Source: Mobula hypostoma (Eukaryota). Taken from it: a stretch of 64,000 nucleotides of DNA. Position 1 is the first letter of the stretch. Each line of letters starts with the position of its first letter. Positions 1-12,479 of this stretch are shown piece after piece. The DNA lies in assembly GCF_963921235.1 (NCBI RefSeq), contig NC_086097.1:252590001-252654000 (forward strand), written 5' to 3'. The notes beneath the pieces were generated by a model, which did not search any database, was not told where the DNA came from, and worked only from the letters and a program-made list of their open reading frames with translations. A program made the translations under genes and the position numbers.

Positions 1-82
1 CGCACGTGAGGATATGCATGTTCCAACCATAAAGTGTTTCTTTGTAATTGTATTTAACTCCCTTCTTTTTGTTTCATTCCTG

Positions 83-262
83 TCATGTGCTGGCATTGGA
101 GAGGATTCAGAGGAGGTTCACAAGGATGACTCTGGGAATGAAAGGGTTATCAAATGATGAGCATTTGATAGCAATGGGTCTGTACTCGCTGTACACAGTT
201 GGCACAACATTGTGGGCCGAAGGGCCTGCAATGTGCTGTAGGTATCTATGTTCTATGTTCTA
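83..262 (+). mobile_element. CR1 LINE 3' fragments (ORF2 C-terminus piece plus 3'UTR and tail)
   Basis: LALERIQRRFTRM..GMKGLS..E.L motif, followed by ggcacaacattgtgggccgaagggcctg...ctatgttctatgttc tail shared with other CR1 copies in the window. Confidence 0.85.
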
Positions 263-299
263 ATTGCATTTATATGCAGGAATCAGGACAGCACCTCTG

Positions 300-2270
300 T
301 AATAGTAACACCCAGGAATTTAAAGTTGCTAATCTGCTTTTCCCCCGATCCTCTGATGAGGACTGGCTCATGGGCCTATGGTTTCCCTCTCCTGAAGTTC
401 CTTGGCCTTGCTGACATTTAGTGAGAGGTTGTTGTTATGCCACCACTCAGCCATATTTTCAATCTCACTCATTCATTAAACTTGAATACGGTGTTGGAGA
501 TGTGCTTATCCACACTGTCATGGGTGTAAAGTGAATAGAGCGGAGGGCTAAACACACAGTCTTGTGGTGCGCCTGTGCTGAGGGAGATCGTGGAGGAGAC
601 GTATTGCCAATCTAAACTGATCAGGGTCTACAAGTGAGGAAATCCAGAATCCAATTGCACAAGGAGGTGTTAAGGCCAAGGTCTCAGAGCTTATTGATTA
701 GTTTTTAGGGGATAATGGTATTAAATGCTGAGCTGTAATTGATAAACTGCATCCAGATGTATGTATCTTTGCTGTCCAGATGTTCCAGGGTTGTGTGAAG
801 AATCAATGAGAGGGCATCTGCTGGGATTCTGTTACTTCAGTTGGCAAATTGGAGCATATCCAAATCACCTCTCAAGTAGGAGCTGATCACAAGATCACAA
901 GACAAAGGAGCAGAGGTGGGCCATTTGGCCCATCGAGTCTGTTCCGCCACTCCACCATGAGCTAAACTATTCTCCCATCTAGTTCCAATTTCCGGCTTTT
1001 TCCCCATATCCCTTGATATCTCCTTAAACACCCTCAATGATCGGGCCTCCACAGCTGTATGTGGCAACGAATTCCATAAATCCATGACCCTCTGGCTAAA
1101 AAAAAATTCTCCTCATCTCTGTTTTAAATGGGTACCCTCTAATTCTAAGACTGTGGCCTCTTGTCCTGGACTCACCCACCAAGGGAAACAGCCTTTCCAC
1201 ATCTACTCTGTCCAACCCTTTCAACATTCGAAATGTTTTAATGAGATCCCCTCTCATTCTTCTATACTCTAATGAATACAGTCCAAGAGCCAACAAACGC
1301 TCCTCATATGTTAGCCTTTGCATCCCAGGAATCATCCTCGTAAATCTTCTCTGAACTCTCTCCAACATCAGTACATCCCTTCTGAGATAGGGGACCCAAA
1401 ACTGCACACAGTATTCCAAATGAGGTCTCACCAATGCCCCATAGAGCCTCATCAACACCTCCTTACTCTTAAACACTATTCCTCTTGAAATGAATGCCAA
1501 CATAGCATTCTTCCAAAATTTACAACTGTACATTTCTCAACATTGTATCTCATCTGCCATTTCTTTGCCCACTCTCCTAAACTGACCAAGTCTCTCTGCA
1601 ATCTTTCTGTTTCTTCAACACTTCCTGCTCCTCCACCTATCTTGGTGTCATCCCAAACTTAGCCACAAAACCATTTAATCCATAATCTAAATCATCGATA
1701 TACATCGTAAAAAGAAGCGGCCCCAACACCGATCCCTGCGGAACATCACCAGTAGCCGGCAACCAATCAGAATAGGATCCCTTTATTCCCACCCTTTGCT
1801 TTCTGCCTATCAGCCAATGCTCCACCTATTCCAATATCTTTCCTGTAATTCCATGGGCTCTCATCTTATTAAGCAGCCTCATATGCGGCACCTTATCGAA
1901 GGCCTTTTGAAAATCCAAATACACAACATCCACAGCCTCTGCCTTGTCAATCTTATTCGAGATTACCTCAAAAAATTCCAGTAGGTTGGTGAGGCAGGAT
2001 CTTCCCTTCATGAAACCATGCTGGCTTCGGCCTATCTTGTCATACACCTCGAGGTATTTCATAACCTCGTCCTTGAGGATCGACTCCAATATCTTTCCAA
2101 CCACCGATGTCAGACTAATAGGTCTGTAATTTTCTTTTTGCTGCCTCCTTCCTTTCTTAAACAGCGGAAGTTTCATCACCATTCTCTCAAAACACTTCAT
2201 CATTGTGGATGTTAGTGTAACTGGGCAGAAGTCATTGAGACAGGACAGCACATTCTTCTTCAGTATCGGT
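300..2270 (-). mobile_element. Rex1/Babar-like LINE RT fragment (300-884 and 2169-2270), split by a nested CR1
   Basis: Matches the Rex1 copy at 18850-19430. Minus strand gives DMLQFA and SCLNDFCPVTLTSTMMKCFERMVMK. Confidence 0.8.
885..2168 (-). mobile_element. CR1 LINE, 5'-truncated (RT to 3' tail), nested in Rex1
   Basis: [51 protein letters not shown], (cttgtgat)n tail. Confidence 0.95.
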
Positions 2271-2279
2271 TACGAAAAT

Positions 2280-2925
2280 GATTGAACGCTTGTCACATGA
2301 AAAGCATTTGATGGCTCTAGGCCTGTTTTGACAGGTGGGTGAGTGACTTTTTGCCTTCTGTGGGCAAGCCAGTTCTGGATTCACAAAGCAATGTCCCCTT
2401 GGACCCCATGCCTCCTTACTTTCTCAATAAGCCTTGCATGGGGTACCTTGTCAAATGCCTTGCTGAAATCCATATACACTACATCTACTGCTCTTTCTTC
2501 ATCAATGTGTTTAGTCACATCCTCAAAACATTCAATCAGGCTCGTAAGGCACGACCTGCCTTTGACAAAGCCATGCTGACTATTCCTAATGATATTATGC
2601 CTCTCCAAATGTTCATAAATCCTGCCTCTCAGGATCTTTTCAACATCACACAATTATGAATCCATCAACCTCTTCCATAACTATTTGTAAAGACTTGGCC
2701 TCCGCAGCTACCTGAGGCAATGAATTCCACAGATTCACCACTCTGGCTAAAGAAATTCCTCCTCATCTCCATTCTAAAACGATGCCCCTCTATTCTGAGG
2801 CTGTGTCCTCTGGTCCGAGACTCACCCACCATAGAAATCATCCTGTGCACATCCACTCTGTCAAGACCTTTCACCATTCGATAATTTTCGATAGGTCACT
2901 CCTCATTCTTCCGAATTCTGACTAG
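2280..2925 (-). mobile_element. Cluster of CR1 fragments (RT 2345-2645; 3' ORF2 2665-2920)
   Basis: [30 protein letters not shown] and GLDRVD..GESRTRGHSL. Confidence 0.9.
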
Positions 2926-3407
2926 AATTCTGACCAGGTCATATTCTGCGTGGAGGTCGGTGACCAATGATGTGCCTCAGGGATCTGTACTGGGACTCCT
3001 ACTCTTCATGATTTTTATAAATGACCTGGATGAGGAAGTGGAGGGATGGGTTAGTAAATTTGCTGTTGACTCAAAGGTTGGAGGTGTTGTGGATAGTGTT
3101 GAGGGCTGTCAGAGGTTACAGCAGGACATTGATAGGATGCAAAACTGGGCTGAGAAGTGGTAGATGGAGTACAACCCAGATAAGTGTGAGGTGTTCATTT
3201 TGGTAGGTCAAATATGATGGTAGAATACAGTATTAATGGTAAGACTCTTGGCAGTATGGAGGATCAGAGGGATAATGGGGTCTGAATCTATAGGACATTC
3301 AAAGCTGGTGTGCAGGTTGACTCTGTGGTTAAGAAGGCATACAGTGCATTGGCCTTCATCAATCGTTGGATTGAGTTTAGGAGCTGAGAGGTAATGTTAC
3401 AGCGATA

Positions 3408-4080
3408 TTAACGACCTGGATGTGGGGGTAAAAGGCAAGGGTCTTGGCCCGAAACGTCGACTGTACCTCTTCCTAGAGATGCTGCCTGGCCTGCTGTGTT
3501 CATCAGCAACTTTGATGTGTGTTGCAGCTCTATAAAACTCTGGTTAGGCCACACTTGGAGTACTGTGTCCAGTTCTGGTAGCCTCACTATAGGAAGGATG
3601 TGGAAGCATTGGAAAGGGTACAGAGGAGATTTACCAGGATGCTGCCTGGTTTAGAAAGTATGTATTATGATCAGAGATTAAGGGAGCTAGGGCTTTACTC
3701 TTTGGAGAGAAGGAGGATGAGAGGAGACATGATAGAGGTGTACAAGATAATAAGAGGAATAGATAGAGTGGATAGCCAGCGCCTCTTCCCCAGGGCACCA
3801 CTGCTCAATACAAGAGAACATGGCTTTAAGGTAAGGGGTGGGAAGTTCAAGGGGGATACTAGAGGAAGGTTTTTTACTCAGCGAGTGGTTGGTGTGTGGA
3901 ATGCACTGCCTGAGTCAATGGTGGATGCAGATACACTCGTGAAGTTTAAGAGACTACTAGACAGGTATATGGAGGAATTTATGGTGGGGGGTTATATGGG
4001 AGGCAGAGTTTGAGGGTCGGCACAAGATTGTGGACCGAAGGGCCTGTACTGTGCTGTACTATTCAATGTTCTATGTTCTA
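3408..4080 (+). mobile_element. Young 5'-truncated CR1 (same family as 59380-62840) with an internal Penelope pLTR patch
   Basis: ORF 3600-4013 is nearly identical to ORF 59358-60170; (ttctatg)n tail. Confidence 0.9.
3437..3525 (+). mobile_element. Penelope-like pseudo-LTR fragment carrying the 3' half of the hammerhead motif
   Basis: aagggtcttggcccgaaacgtcgactgtacctcttcctagagatgctgcc...gtgtgttgc matches 20964-21052; CTGAnGA box absent. Confidence 0.85.
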
Positions 4081-4644
4081 TATAGGACCCTGGTCTGGCC
4101 CCACTTGGAGTACTGTGCTCAGTTCTGGTCGCCTCACTACAGGAAGGATGTGGAAACCATAGAAAGGGTGCAGAGAAGATTTACAAGGATGTTGCCTGGA
4201 TTGGGGAGCATGCCTTATGAGGATAAGTTGAGTGAATTTGGCCTTTTCTCCTTGGAGCAACGGGGGATGAGACGTGACCTGATAGAGGTGAATAAGATGA
4301 TGAGAGGCATTAATTGTGTGGTAGTCAGAAAATCTGAGGCTTTTTCCCAGGGCTGAAATGGCTAACACAAGAAGGCACAATTTTAAGGTGTTTGGAAGTA
4401 GGTACAAAGGAGATGTCAGGGGTAAGTTTTTTACGCAGAGAGTGGTGAGTGTGTGGAATGGGCTGCTGGCGACGGTGGTGGAGGCAGATACAATAGGGTC
4501 TTTTAAGAGACTCCTGGACAGATACATGCTTAGAAAAATAGAGGGCTATGGGTAACCCTAGGTAATTTCTAAGGTAAGGACATGTTCGGCACAGCTTTGT
4601 GGGCTGAAGGCCATGTATTGTGCTGTAGGTTTTCTATGTTTCTG

Positions 4645-7445
4645 TGTTGTGGCCATCACTGAATCGTGGCTAAAGGATGGTTGCAGCTGGGAGCTGAATG
4701 TCCAAGATTACATGTGGTATCGGAGGGATAGGAAGGTAGGCAGAGGGGGTGGTGTGGCTCTACTGGTAAAGAATGGCATCAAATCAGTAGAAAGATGTGA
4801 CAGAGGATCAGAAGATGTTGAATCCTTGTGGGTAGAGTTAAGAAACTGCAAGGGTAAAAGGACATTGATAGTAGTTATATACCGGCCTCCGAACAGCGAC
4901 TGGGAGGTGGACCACAGGAAATAGAAAAAGTGAGTCAAAAGTGCAATGTTATGGTAGTCATGGGAGATTTTAACATACAGGTCGATTGGGAAAATCAGGT
5001 TGGTATTGGATCTCAAGAGTGCAAGTTTGTTGAATGACTAAGACATAGCTTTTTAGAGCAGTTTGTCGTTGAGCCTACTAGGGGATCAGCTATACTGGAT
5101 TGGGTGTTATGTAATGAACCAGAGTTGATTAGGGAGCTTAGGGTAAAAGAACCCTTAGGAATCAATGATCAGAATATGATTGTGTTCAACTTGAAATTTG
5201 ATAGGGAGAAAGTAAAGTCTGATGTAACAGTATTTCAGTGGAGTAAGGGAAGTTACGGTGGTATGAGAGAGTGGTTGGCCAAAGTAAATTGGAAGGAGCT
5301 GCTGGCAGGGATGTCAGCAGAGCAGCAATGATGTGCATTTCTGGGAAAAATGAGGAAGGTGCAGGACATGTGTATTCCAAAAATGAAGAAATACTCAAAT
5401 GGTAAAATAGTACAACCGTGGCTGACAAGAGAAGTCAAAGCTATTGTAAAAGCAAAAGAAAGGGCATACAACAAAATAGAAGATAGTGCGAAGATAGAGG
5501 ATTGGGAAATTTTCAAAAACCTACAGAGAGCAACTAAAAAAATCATTAGAAGGGAAAAGAAGAAATATGAAAGCAAGCTAGCAAATAATATCAAAGTGAA
5601 TAGTAAAAGTTTGTTCAAGTATGTTAAAAATAAAAGAGGAATGAAGTGGATATAGGACCGCTAGAAAATGAAGCTGGAGAAATGATAACAGGAGACAAGG
5701 AGATGGCTGATGAACTAAATGAGTATTCTGAGTCAGCCTTCACTGTGGAAGACACTAGCAGTATGCCTGATGTAGAGTGTGAAGGAAGAGAAGATGGTGC
5801 AGTTACTGTTACAAGAGAGAAGGTGCTCAAAAAGATGAAAGACCTAAAGATACATAAGTCACCCGGACCAGAGGAACTGCATCCTAGGATTCTGAAAGAG
5901 GTAGCATTAGAGATTGTGGTGGAATTAGAAATGATCTTTCAAAAATCGTTGGACTCTGGCATGGTGCCAGAGGACTGGAAAATTGTAATTGTTATTGTTA
6001 CTCCACTCTTTAAGAAAGGAGGAAGGCAGCAGAAAGGAAATTATAGACCAGTTAGCTTGATCTCAGTGGTTTTGAAGATGTTGGAGTCAATTTTTAAGTA
6101 TGAGGGGACGGAGTATTTGCTGATGCAGGACAAGATAGGACAAAGTCTGTATGGCTTCTTTCAGGGAAAATCGTGCCCAACGAACCTGTTGGAATTATTT
6201 GAGGAGATTACAAGTAGGATAGATAAAGGGGATTCAGTGAATGTTGTCTATTTGGACTTTCAGAAGGCCTTTGACAAGGTGCTACACATGAAGCTGCTTA
6301 CCAAGTTAAGGATCCATGGTATACAGGAAAGTTACTAACATGATTAGAGCATTGGCTGATTGGTAGGAGGCAGCACGTGGGAATAAAAGGATCATTTTCC
6401 GGTTGGCTGCCAGTGACTAGTGGTGATTCGCAGGGGTTGGTGTTGGGACCACTTCTTTTTATGCTGTATGCCAATGATTTAGATGGTGGAATAGGTGGCT
6501 TTGTTGCCAAGTTTGCAGATGATACGAAGATTGGTGGAAGGGCAGGTAGTGTTGAGGAAACAGGTAGGCTGCAGAAGGACTTTGACAGATTAGGAGAATG
6601 GGCAAGAAAGTGGCAAATGAAATATAATATTGGAAATGCATGTTCACGCAATTTGGTAGTAAAAATAAATGTGTGGACTATTTTCTAGCGGGGAGAAAAT
6701 CCAGGAATCTGAGATGCAGAGGGTCTTGGGTGTCCTTGTGCAGAACATCCTGAAGGTTAACTTACAGGTTGAGTTGGTGGTGAGGAAGGCAAATGTTATG
6801 TTAGCATTCATTTCAAGGGGTCTAGAATACAACAGCAATGATGTGATGTTGAAGCTCTATAAAGCACTGGTGAGGCCTCACCTTGAGTATTGTGAACAGT
6901 TTTGGGCCCCTCATCTTAGAAAAGATGTGCTGGCATTGGAGAGGCTCCAGAGGAGGATCACAAGGATGATTCCAGGAATGAAAGGGTTATCATGCGAGGA
7001 ACGTTTGATGGCTCTGGGTCTGTATTCGCTGGAATTCAGAAGGGTGAGGGGGGCATCTCAATGAAACCTTTCAAATGTTGAAAGGCCTAGACAGAGTGGA
7101 TGTGGAAAGGATGTTTCCCATGGTGGGGGAGTCTAGGACTAGAAGGCACAGCCTCAGGATAGAAGGGCACCCTTTCAAAACAGAGATGCAGAGAAATTTC
7201 TTTAGCCAAAGGGTGTTGAATTTGTGGAATTTCTTGCCACATGCAGCTGTGGAGGCCAGGTCGTTTGGTGTATTTAAGGCAGAGATGGGTAGGTTCTTGA
7301 TTGGACATGGCATCAAAGCCTGTGGGGAGAAGGCTGGGAACTGGGGTTGAGGAGGAAATAGAAAAAAGGATCAGCCATGATTGAATGGCAGAGCAGACTC
7401 ACTGGGCCAGATGGCCTAATTCTGCTCCTATGTCTTATGGTCTCA
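4645..7445 (+). mobile_element. CR1 LINE ORF2 (APE endonuclease, RT, C-terminus) plus 3'UTR, degenerate
   Basis: [59 protein letters not shown], with multiple stops and frameshifts. Confidence 0.95.
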
Positions 7446-7454
7446 TGATCTTAT

Positions 7455-7600
7455 GGATTAGTCAAGGCATGAAGGAATACGAGAAGAAGGCAGGAGATTG
7501 GGGCTGAGAGGAATAATGGAACAGGCATGATGAAAAAGGTGAACCAGACTCGATGGACCAAATGGCCTAATTCTGCTCCTATATCATATGATTTTATGGT
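7455..7600 (+). mobile_element. CR1 3'UTR fragment
   Basis: agactcgatggaccaaatggcctaattctgctcc tail as in the preceding copy. Confidence 0.75.
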
Positions 7601-8039
7601 ATAATTGAAGCCTGCTTGAAGCAGTTGGGTACTACACACTGCCGAAATGAGAGATTAAAGATATAATTCTGTGTCTGTGTTTATCCCTCTGCACTTGGTC
7701 CATCAAGATCTTCCGTCAGTCAGATGGTGATGTTCTTGCAATGCAAAGGTCCTTTGAAAGTCAAGAATGTTTGTTTCTTACGGCCATTTTATTAAATGTT
7801 AGAAGAATGAAAAGTGAACAAGAGAAGAAAGAAAACAGAAAGGAAAGAGCAATTGTAGTGGTCAGACGAGAGGTGAAAAAATTTCCAGTGATAACAATTA
7901 ATCTATAAAATATTGTGATACCGACTACAGTCAACTAAGAAGTTTGTAGAAAAATACAGATGGAACTGAATCAGAAGTGCTGGAAAATTCGCTGAACAAT
8001 TACACTTATGTAAGTGATTTATAAAGGGGAGTTGGGACG

Positions 8040-8750
8040 TTTGTAAAGACACAAATTTCTACAGATGTACTTTGGAGAACATTCTGATTGGTTGCATCAC
8101 TGTCTGGTATGGAGAGGCCAATGCACAGGATCGGAAAAAGCTGCAGAACGTTGTAAACTCAGCCAGCTCCATCATGGGCTCTAGCCTCCCCATCACATCA
8201 AGGAAACTTCAAAAGGTGATGCCTCAAAAAGGCATCATCCATAATTAAAGATACCCATCACACAAGATGCCCTCTTCTCTATGCGTCCATCAAGCAGGAG
8301 GGACAGGAGCCTGAAGACAAACACTCAATGTTTCAGGAACAGCTTCTTCCCCACCGCCATCAGATTTCTGAATGGACATCGAGCCCATGGACACTACTTT
8401 ACTATTATTTTTCTCTCTTTTTTATTCGTCATTTAATTTATTTTTTTATATATTTCTTATTGTAATTGATAGTTTTCATTACTATATATTGGAATGTATT
8501 GCTGCCATAAAACTACAAACTTCATTGTGTGCTATATTGGGTGCATTTAAGGCAGAGATAGATAGGTTCTTGATGCCAGGGCATCAAAGGGGAGAAGGCA
8601 GGGGAGTTGGGATGACTGGAGGAATTAGATCAGCCATGATTGAATGGCGGAGGAGACTCGAGGGGCCAAATGGCCTATTTCTGCTCCTCTATCTCATGGT
8701 CTTAGGGTATATGCCAGTGACATTAAACCGGATTGTGATTCTGATTCCGT
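8040..8750 (+). mobile_element. Rex1/Babar LINE 3' end with a nested CR1 3' end (about 8535-8705)
   Basis: FYRCT..ILIGCITVWYG..AQDRKKLQ (DUF1891-type C-terminus), FRNSFFPTAIRFLN, (gattct)n tail. Confidence 0.85.
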
Positions 8751-8899
8751 GATTATACAAAAATACAAGCAAGCATAGGAATGTTAACCCACAAGAAAAA
8801 TAACAATTCTGAGACCTAATCCACAAGTAGTAAGCTATCACTTCAGAACAGTAGAACACCTGCCAGTTTAGTCAATTATAGTTGTTCATTAATCTAAAT

Positions 8900-9314
8900 T
8901 GGTTATTCAAACTAAACATGAGAATGGGGAAGAAATGTGAATTAACTGACTTTGACCATGAAATGATTGTTGGTGCCAGACAGGGTGGTTTGAGTATCTC
9001 AGACACTGCTGATCTACTGGGATTTCACGGACAACAGTTTCTAGAGTTTACAGAGAATGATGTGGAAAACAAAAAAAAAACATCCAGTGAGTGCCGGTTC
9101 TGTGATCGAAAATGACTTGTTAATGACAGAGGTCAGAGGAGAATGGCCAGACTGGTTCAAGCTTACAGGAAGGCAACAGTAACTCAAATAACTGCACATT
9201 ACAACAGTGGCATGCTGAACATGTCGATGGGCTACGTAGGAGCAGACCACGACTACACTCAGTGGTTAGTTTATTAGATGCATCCTGTACCTAATAAAAC
9301 GGCCACTGGGTATA
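8900..9314 (+). mobile_element. Tc1/mariner non-autonomous remnant (transposase N-terminal HTH plus TIRs)
   Basis: MGKKCELTDFDHEMIVGARQGGLSISDTADLLGF..RGQRRMARLVQA; terminal gtacctaataaaacggccactgggta followed by TA. Confidence 0.85.
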
Positions 9315-10011
9315 TAGGTTGCAAAACTAAAAAGTGCATAAATTAACTTGTTGAGATTCTTGCTTTCAAAAACAAGGATCCAAGTCTTTATTGGACATTT
9401 TCATGTGGTTTATTGAAGCATGGTGTTTTAATAGAGGTCCAACTGGACAGCATGAATCACTAGACAGGAAAGACTTTGATAGGATAAGATAAACTGTATG
9501 AAAGTCGGTACACCTTCAAATTGTAAATTGTTTATGATCTTCAGGGAGGATGATTCTCCTCGGGACAGTTTGTTCCGATAGCCAAAAGATAGAGACAATG
9601 TTATCCTCCTGTTTATGTGTGCAATAAAATAAAGATTTATTTATTTTTGTGTTCCCTTTTAAACATCTCTTTTGATAGATTCATTCCTGCTAGTTTCAAA
9701 GTGCTTTGAGCAGCCGGAAATATCCGTAGGTCGAGCTGAAAAAAAGTCTTATTTAACAAAGCAGACACCTGATGATATCTGTCCAATTTTCCTTCATCGG
9801 AAACAAATTGGGGCCTGTCTGATAGAAGTCTCTGGTTGCGTGTGTACACCAGGCTTTTCTTTATCAGGTGCAGAAGAGCCCACTTGATTCAGTGGTCAGC
9901 GTCTCTTAAGGTTGTGGGGGTATGGCTGACCGATACAATTTGGCATTAGTGGCCTTGCAGGAGATGCATTCTGTGCATCAAGGGAATAAATTGGATAAGG
10001 TAAAGGTATCA

Positions 10012-10540
10012 TTGTTGAGGGTCTCCGTTGGTGTTGACCATGGATGCTGAGTCCTAGCTGTCTACATGATACACAAGCCAGGGCAGTACGATGTGGAGAG
10101 CAGGCTGTTGCCCGTGCAGCAGGCTGCCCGTCTCCATGAAGCTGATGAATCCACAGAGATGGCACCGGCAGCATCGCAGGAGTTGCCAGTCAGTGCTGAA
10201 CTCAATGTAGGGCTGCCTTAGGGACTCCAACTCTGGGTTTTTCCCTCAGGGTTCACTCCCAAAGCCTTCCCCTGAGTGGGTATAGCTGCAAGACAGCGGA
10301 AGTTTGAGATCAGAGCCTTCCTTCTCCGAGATGAGCTGCTGATCTCGGTTGACGAGTCCCATTTGCCTGAAGAAACTGGGTTTACGGTATCTTTGTCCCT
10401 TCTCCTCTCAGCAGAAACGGTTCCACTGGGATTAGTAGCTAAGCCACATGTGAAGGCCGGGAGCTTGTCAGAGGCTATTTGAGACGCATGCCATTGGAAG
10501 CATTTAATAGTTAGTGGGAGCTTATCCCCTCCCCCCATTG
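10012..10540 (-). mobile_element. RTE-derived non-autonomous element (RTE 5'UTR-like body plus RTE-like tail)
   Basis: Reverse complement matches 41085-41350; shares ggtgccaa.ctgtat...ggagagggg...gcatgggcaac with the SINEs at 12597 and 44133; no coding similarity seen. Confidence 0.65.
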
Positions 10541-11114
10541 CCTATAACAACCAGAAACAAAGTAGGTATATCTCACCATGTACTACCTTGAGATCCATTT
10601 TCTTGCCGGCATTTGCTGGAAAATAAAGAAACAGAACATAATTTACTAAAAATAACATAAAGAAAGACTGTGAAATAACCAGTGTGCAAAAGAAGACAGA
10701 TTGTGCAAATATAAAATATTCTGAGACCATGTGTCTGGAATTCTTGAAGATTCAAGATTGTTGTTATTCTTCAGTACACAAATGTAAAGAACAAAATATT
10801 GTTACTCCAGATCTGACGCAGCATAAAAACACATTAAGTATAAAGGGCACAATTAATAAATATTACAGCAATACTATAAAATACAATATACAAGTAACTG
10901 TTGTAGACTTAACGTCATTTCATTAGTATACGGGTATAAAGGAGAACAGAATGATTGTTAATCAGGATGCAATGCAGTGTAAAAAACACAATTAGCATAG
11001 AGAACATCATGAATGAAAAACACAATAAATATAAGCATAGGGAGTCTGTAGGTTGTAGATCAGTTCAGAGTGAAGATATCCACGCCCGTTCAGGTGGCAG
11101 TCTCTGTAAGAATG

Positions 11115-12210
11115 TCAAGTTCAAGTTCAAGTTCAAGTTTGTAGTCATCTGACTATACATATGTACAACTAAATGAAACAACATTTCTCCAGATCACGAT
11201 GCACCCACAAAACATATATAGTATCATACACAGCCCATAAACCAATTCAAAAATCACGCAGTAAAGCACAGTACAGGTAAACAGTAAACAGCTCGCTGTC
11301 CTAGTGACAAGATCTTGGTGGTGACAGGGCATTCATTAGTCTCACATCCTGAGGCAAGAAGCTCTTGCCCAGTCTGACAGTCCTAGTCCTGATGCTTCTG
11401 CACCTCGTTCCTGATGGTGGTGGGTCAGAGAGACTGTGGGACGGGCGGTAGGGATCCTCAACAATGCTTCGGGTCCCTTGTCTACAACGCTCCTGGTAAA
11501 TGTCACACAGTGTGGAGGGAGACCCCGGTGATCCTTTCGGTGGTCCAAAGCCTTACAGCTTCCGTACTGCACAATGATGTAGCCAGACAGAACACTCTTG
11601 ATGATGTTCCCGTAGAAAGTCGTTAGAATGAGGGCGGGGAGCCTTACTCGCCTCAGTCTCCTCAGAAAGTGTTGACACTACTGTGCCTTTTTGACTAGTG
11701 AGGAGGTGTTGTGGGTCCGGGTTTGATCGCCCACTATGTGCACACCAAGGAACTTTGTGCTCTTCACTCTTTCCACACCAGAGCCACTGATGTGCAATGG
11801 AGAGTGGTTGACCTGTGCCTTCATGAAGTCCACAGCCATCTCTTTTGTCTTGTCCACACTGAGACTCGGGTTGTTATTCTCACACCATTTGAGAAGCCTC
11901 TCTCCCTCCCGTCAGTGTGCTGACTCATCATTGTTGCTGATGAGACCAACCACTGTAGTACCATCAGTGAACTGGATGTTGTGGTTTAAGCTGGATCTGG
12001 TAGTGAGTCAGCAGAGCGACCAGCAGCGGACTGAAAACACGGCCCTGAGAGGCAGCAGATCTCAGTGTGATTGAGCTTAGACTGAGTCACGGCCCTGAGG
12101 GGCAGCAAAGCTCAGCGTGATGGAGCTGCCAACTCGGACTGACTGAGGTCTTTCCATCTCGAAGTTAAAGATCCATTTAGAGAGGGGTGTTGACTCCAAA
12201 CAAGGACTGT
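11115..12210 (-). mobile_element. Rex1/Babar LINE 3' part, degenerate; further Rex1 tails lie at about 10560-11100
   Basis: (ttgaac)n tail at 11115-11140; degenerate FTDGTTVVGLIS, KFLGVHI and RSIRTRTVRL motifs. Confidence 0.75.
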
Positions 12211-12479
12211 TAACTGCTCTCTGGTTTTGCAACTGTTTGTGAGAGCATCTGGTCTGTCAGCAGGAACCATTTGGTTAAGGAGTCACATTGCTGGAGCTCT
12301 TGCATATCGAGGAGGCTGCTAGACAGAATAAGAGGTGTTGCTCCTCCACCCTGAGAGGGGCCTGGTCACATCAGTAGAGGAGGCCATAGACCAACATGTC
12401 GGAGTGGGAATTTTGATCCCTGTTTCCAGTGGTAGTAGAGCCCACTGAATGTATAGCAGAATTCTCTGCATCTATCTTC

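Larger units (their letters stand above)
2930..4645 (+). mobile_element. CR1 LINE 3' part (RT to tail), hosting a nested CR1 at about 3408-4080
   Basis: [19 protein letters not shown] and HLEYCAQFWSPHYRKDVETIERVQRRFTRMLPG. Tail ends near 4645. Confidence 0.9.

Noticed and set aside
10135..10175. CTGATGA as another hammerhead or C/D box
   Set aside because: No GAAA core or flanking stems, and it lies antisense within an RTE-derived element
12030..12128. About 50-bp tandem duplication
   Set aside because: Ordinary local duplication inside a dead Rex1 copy
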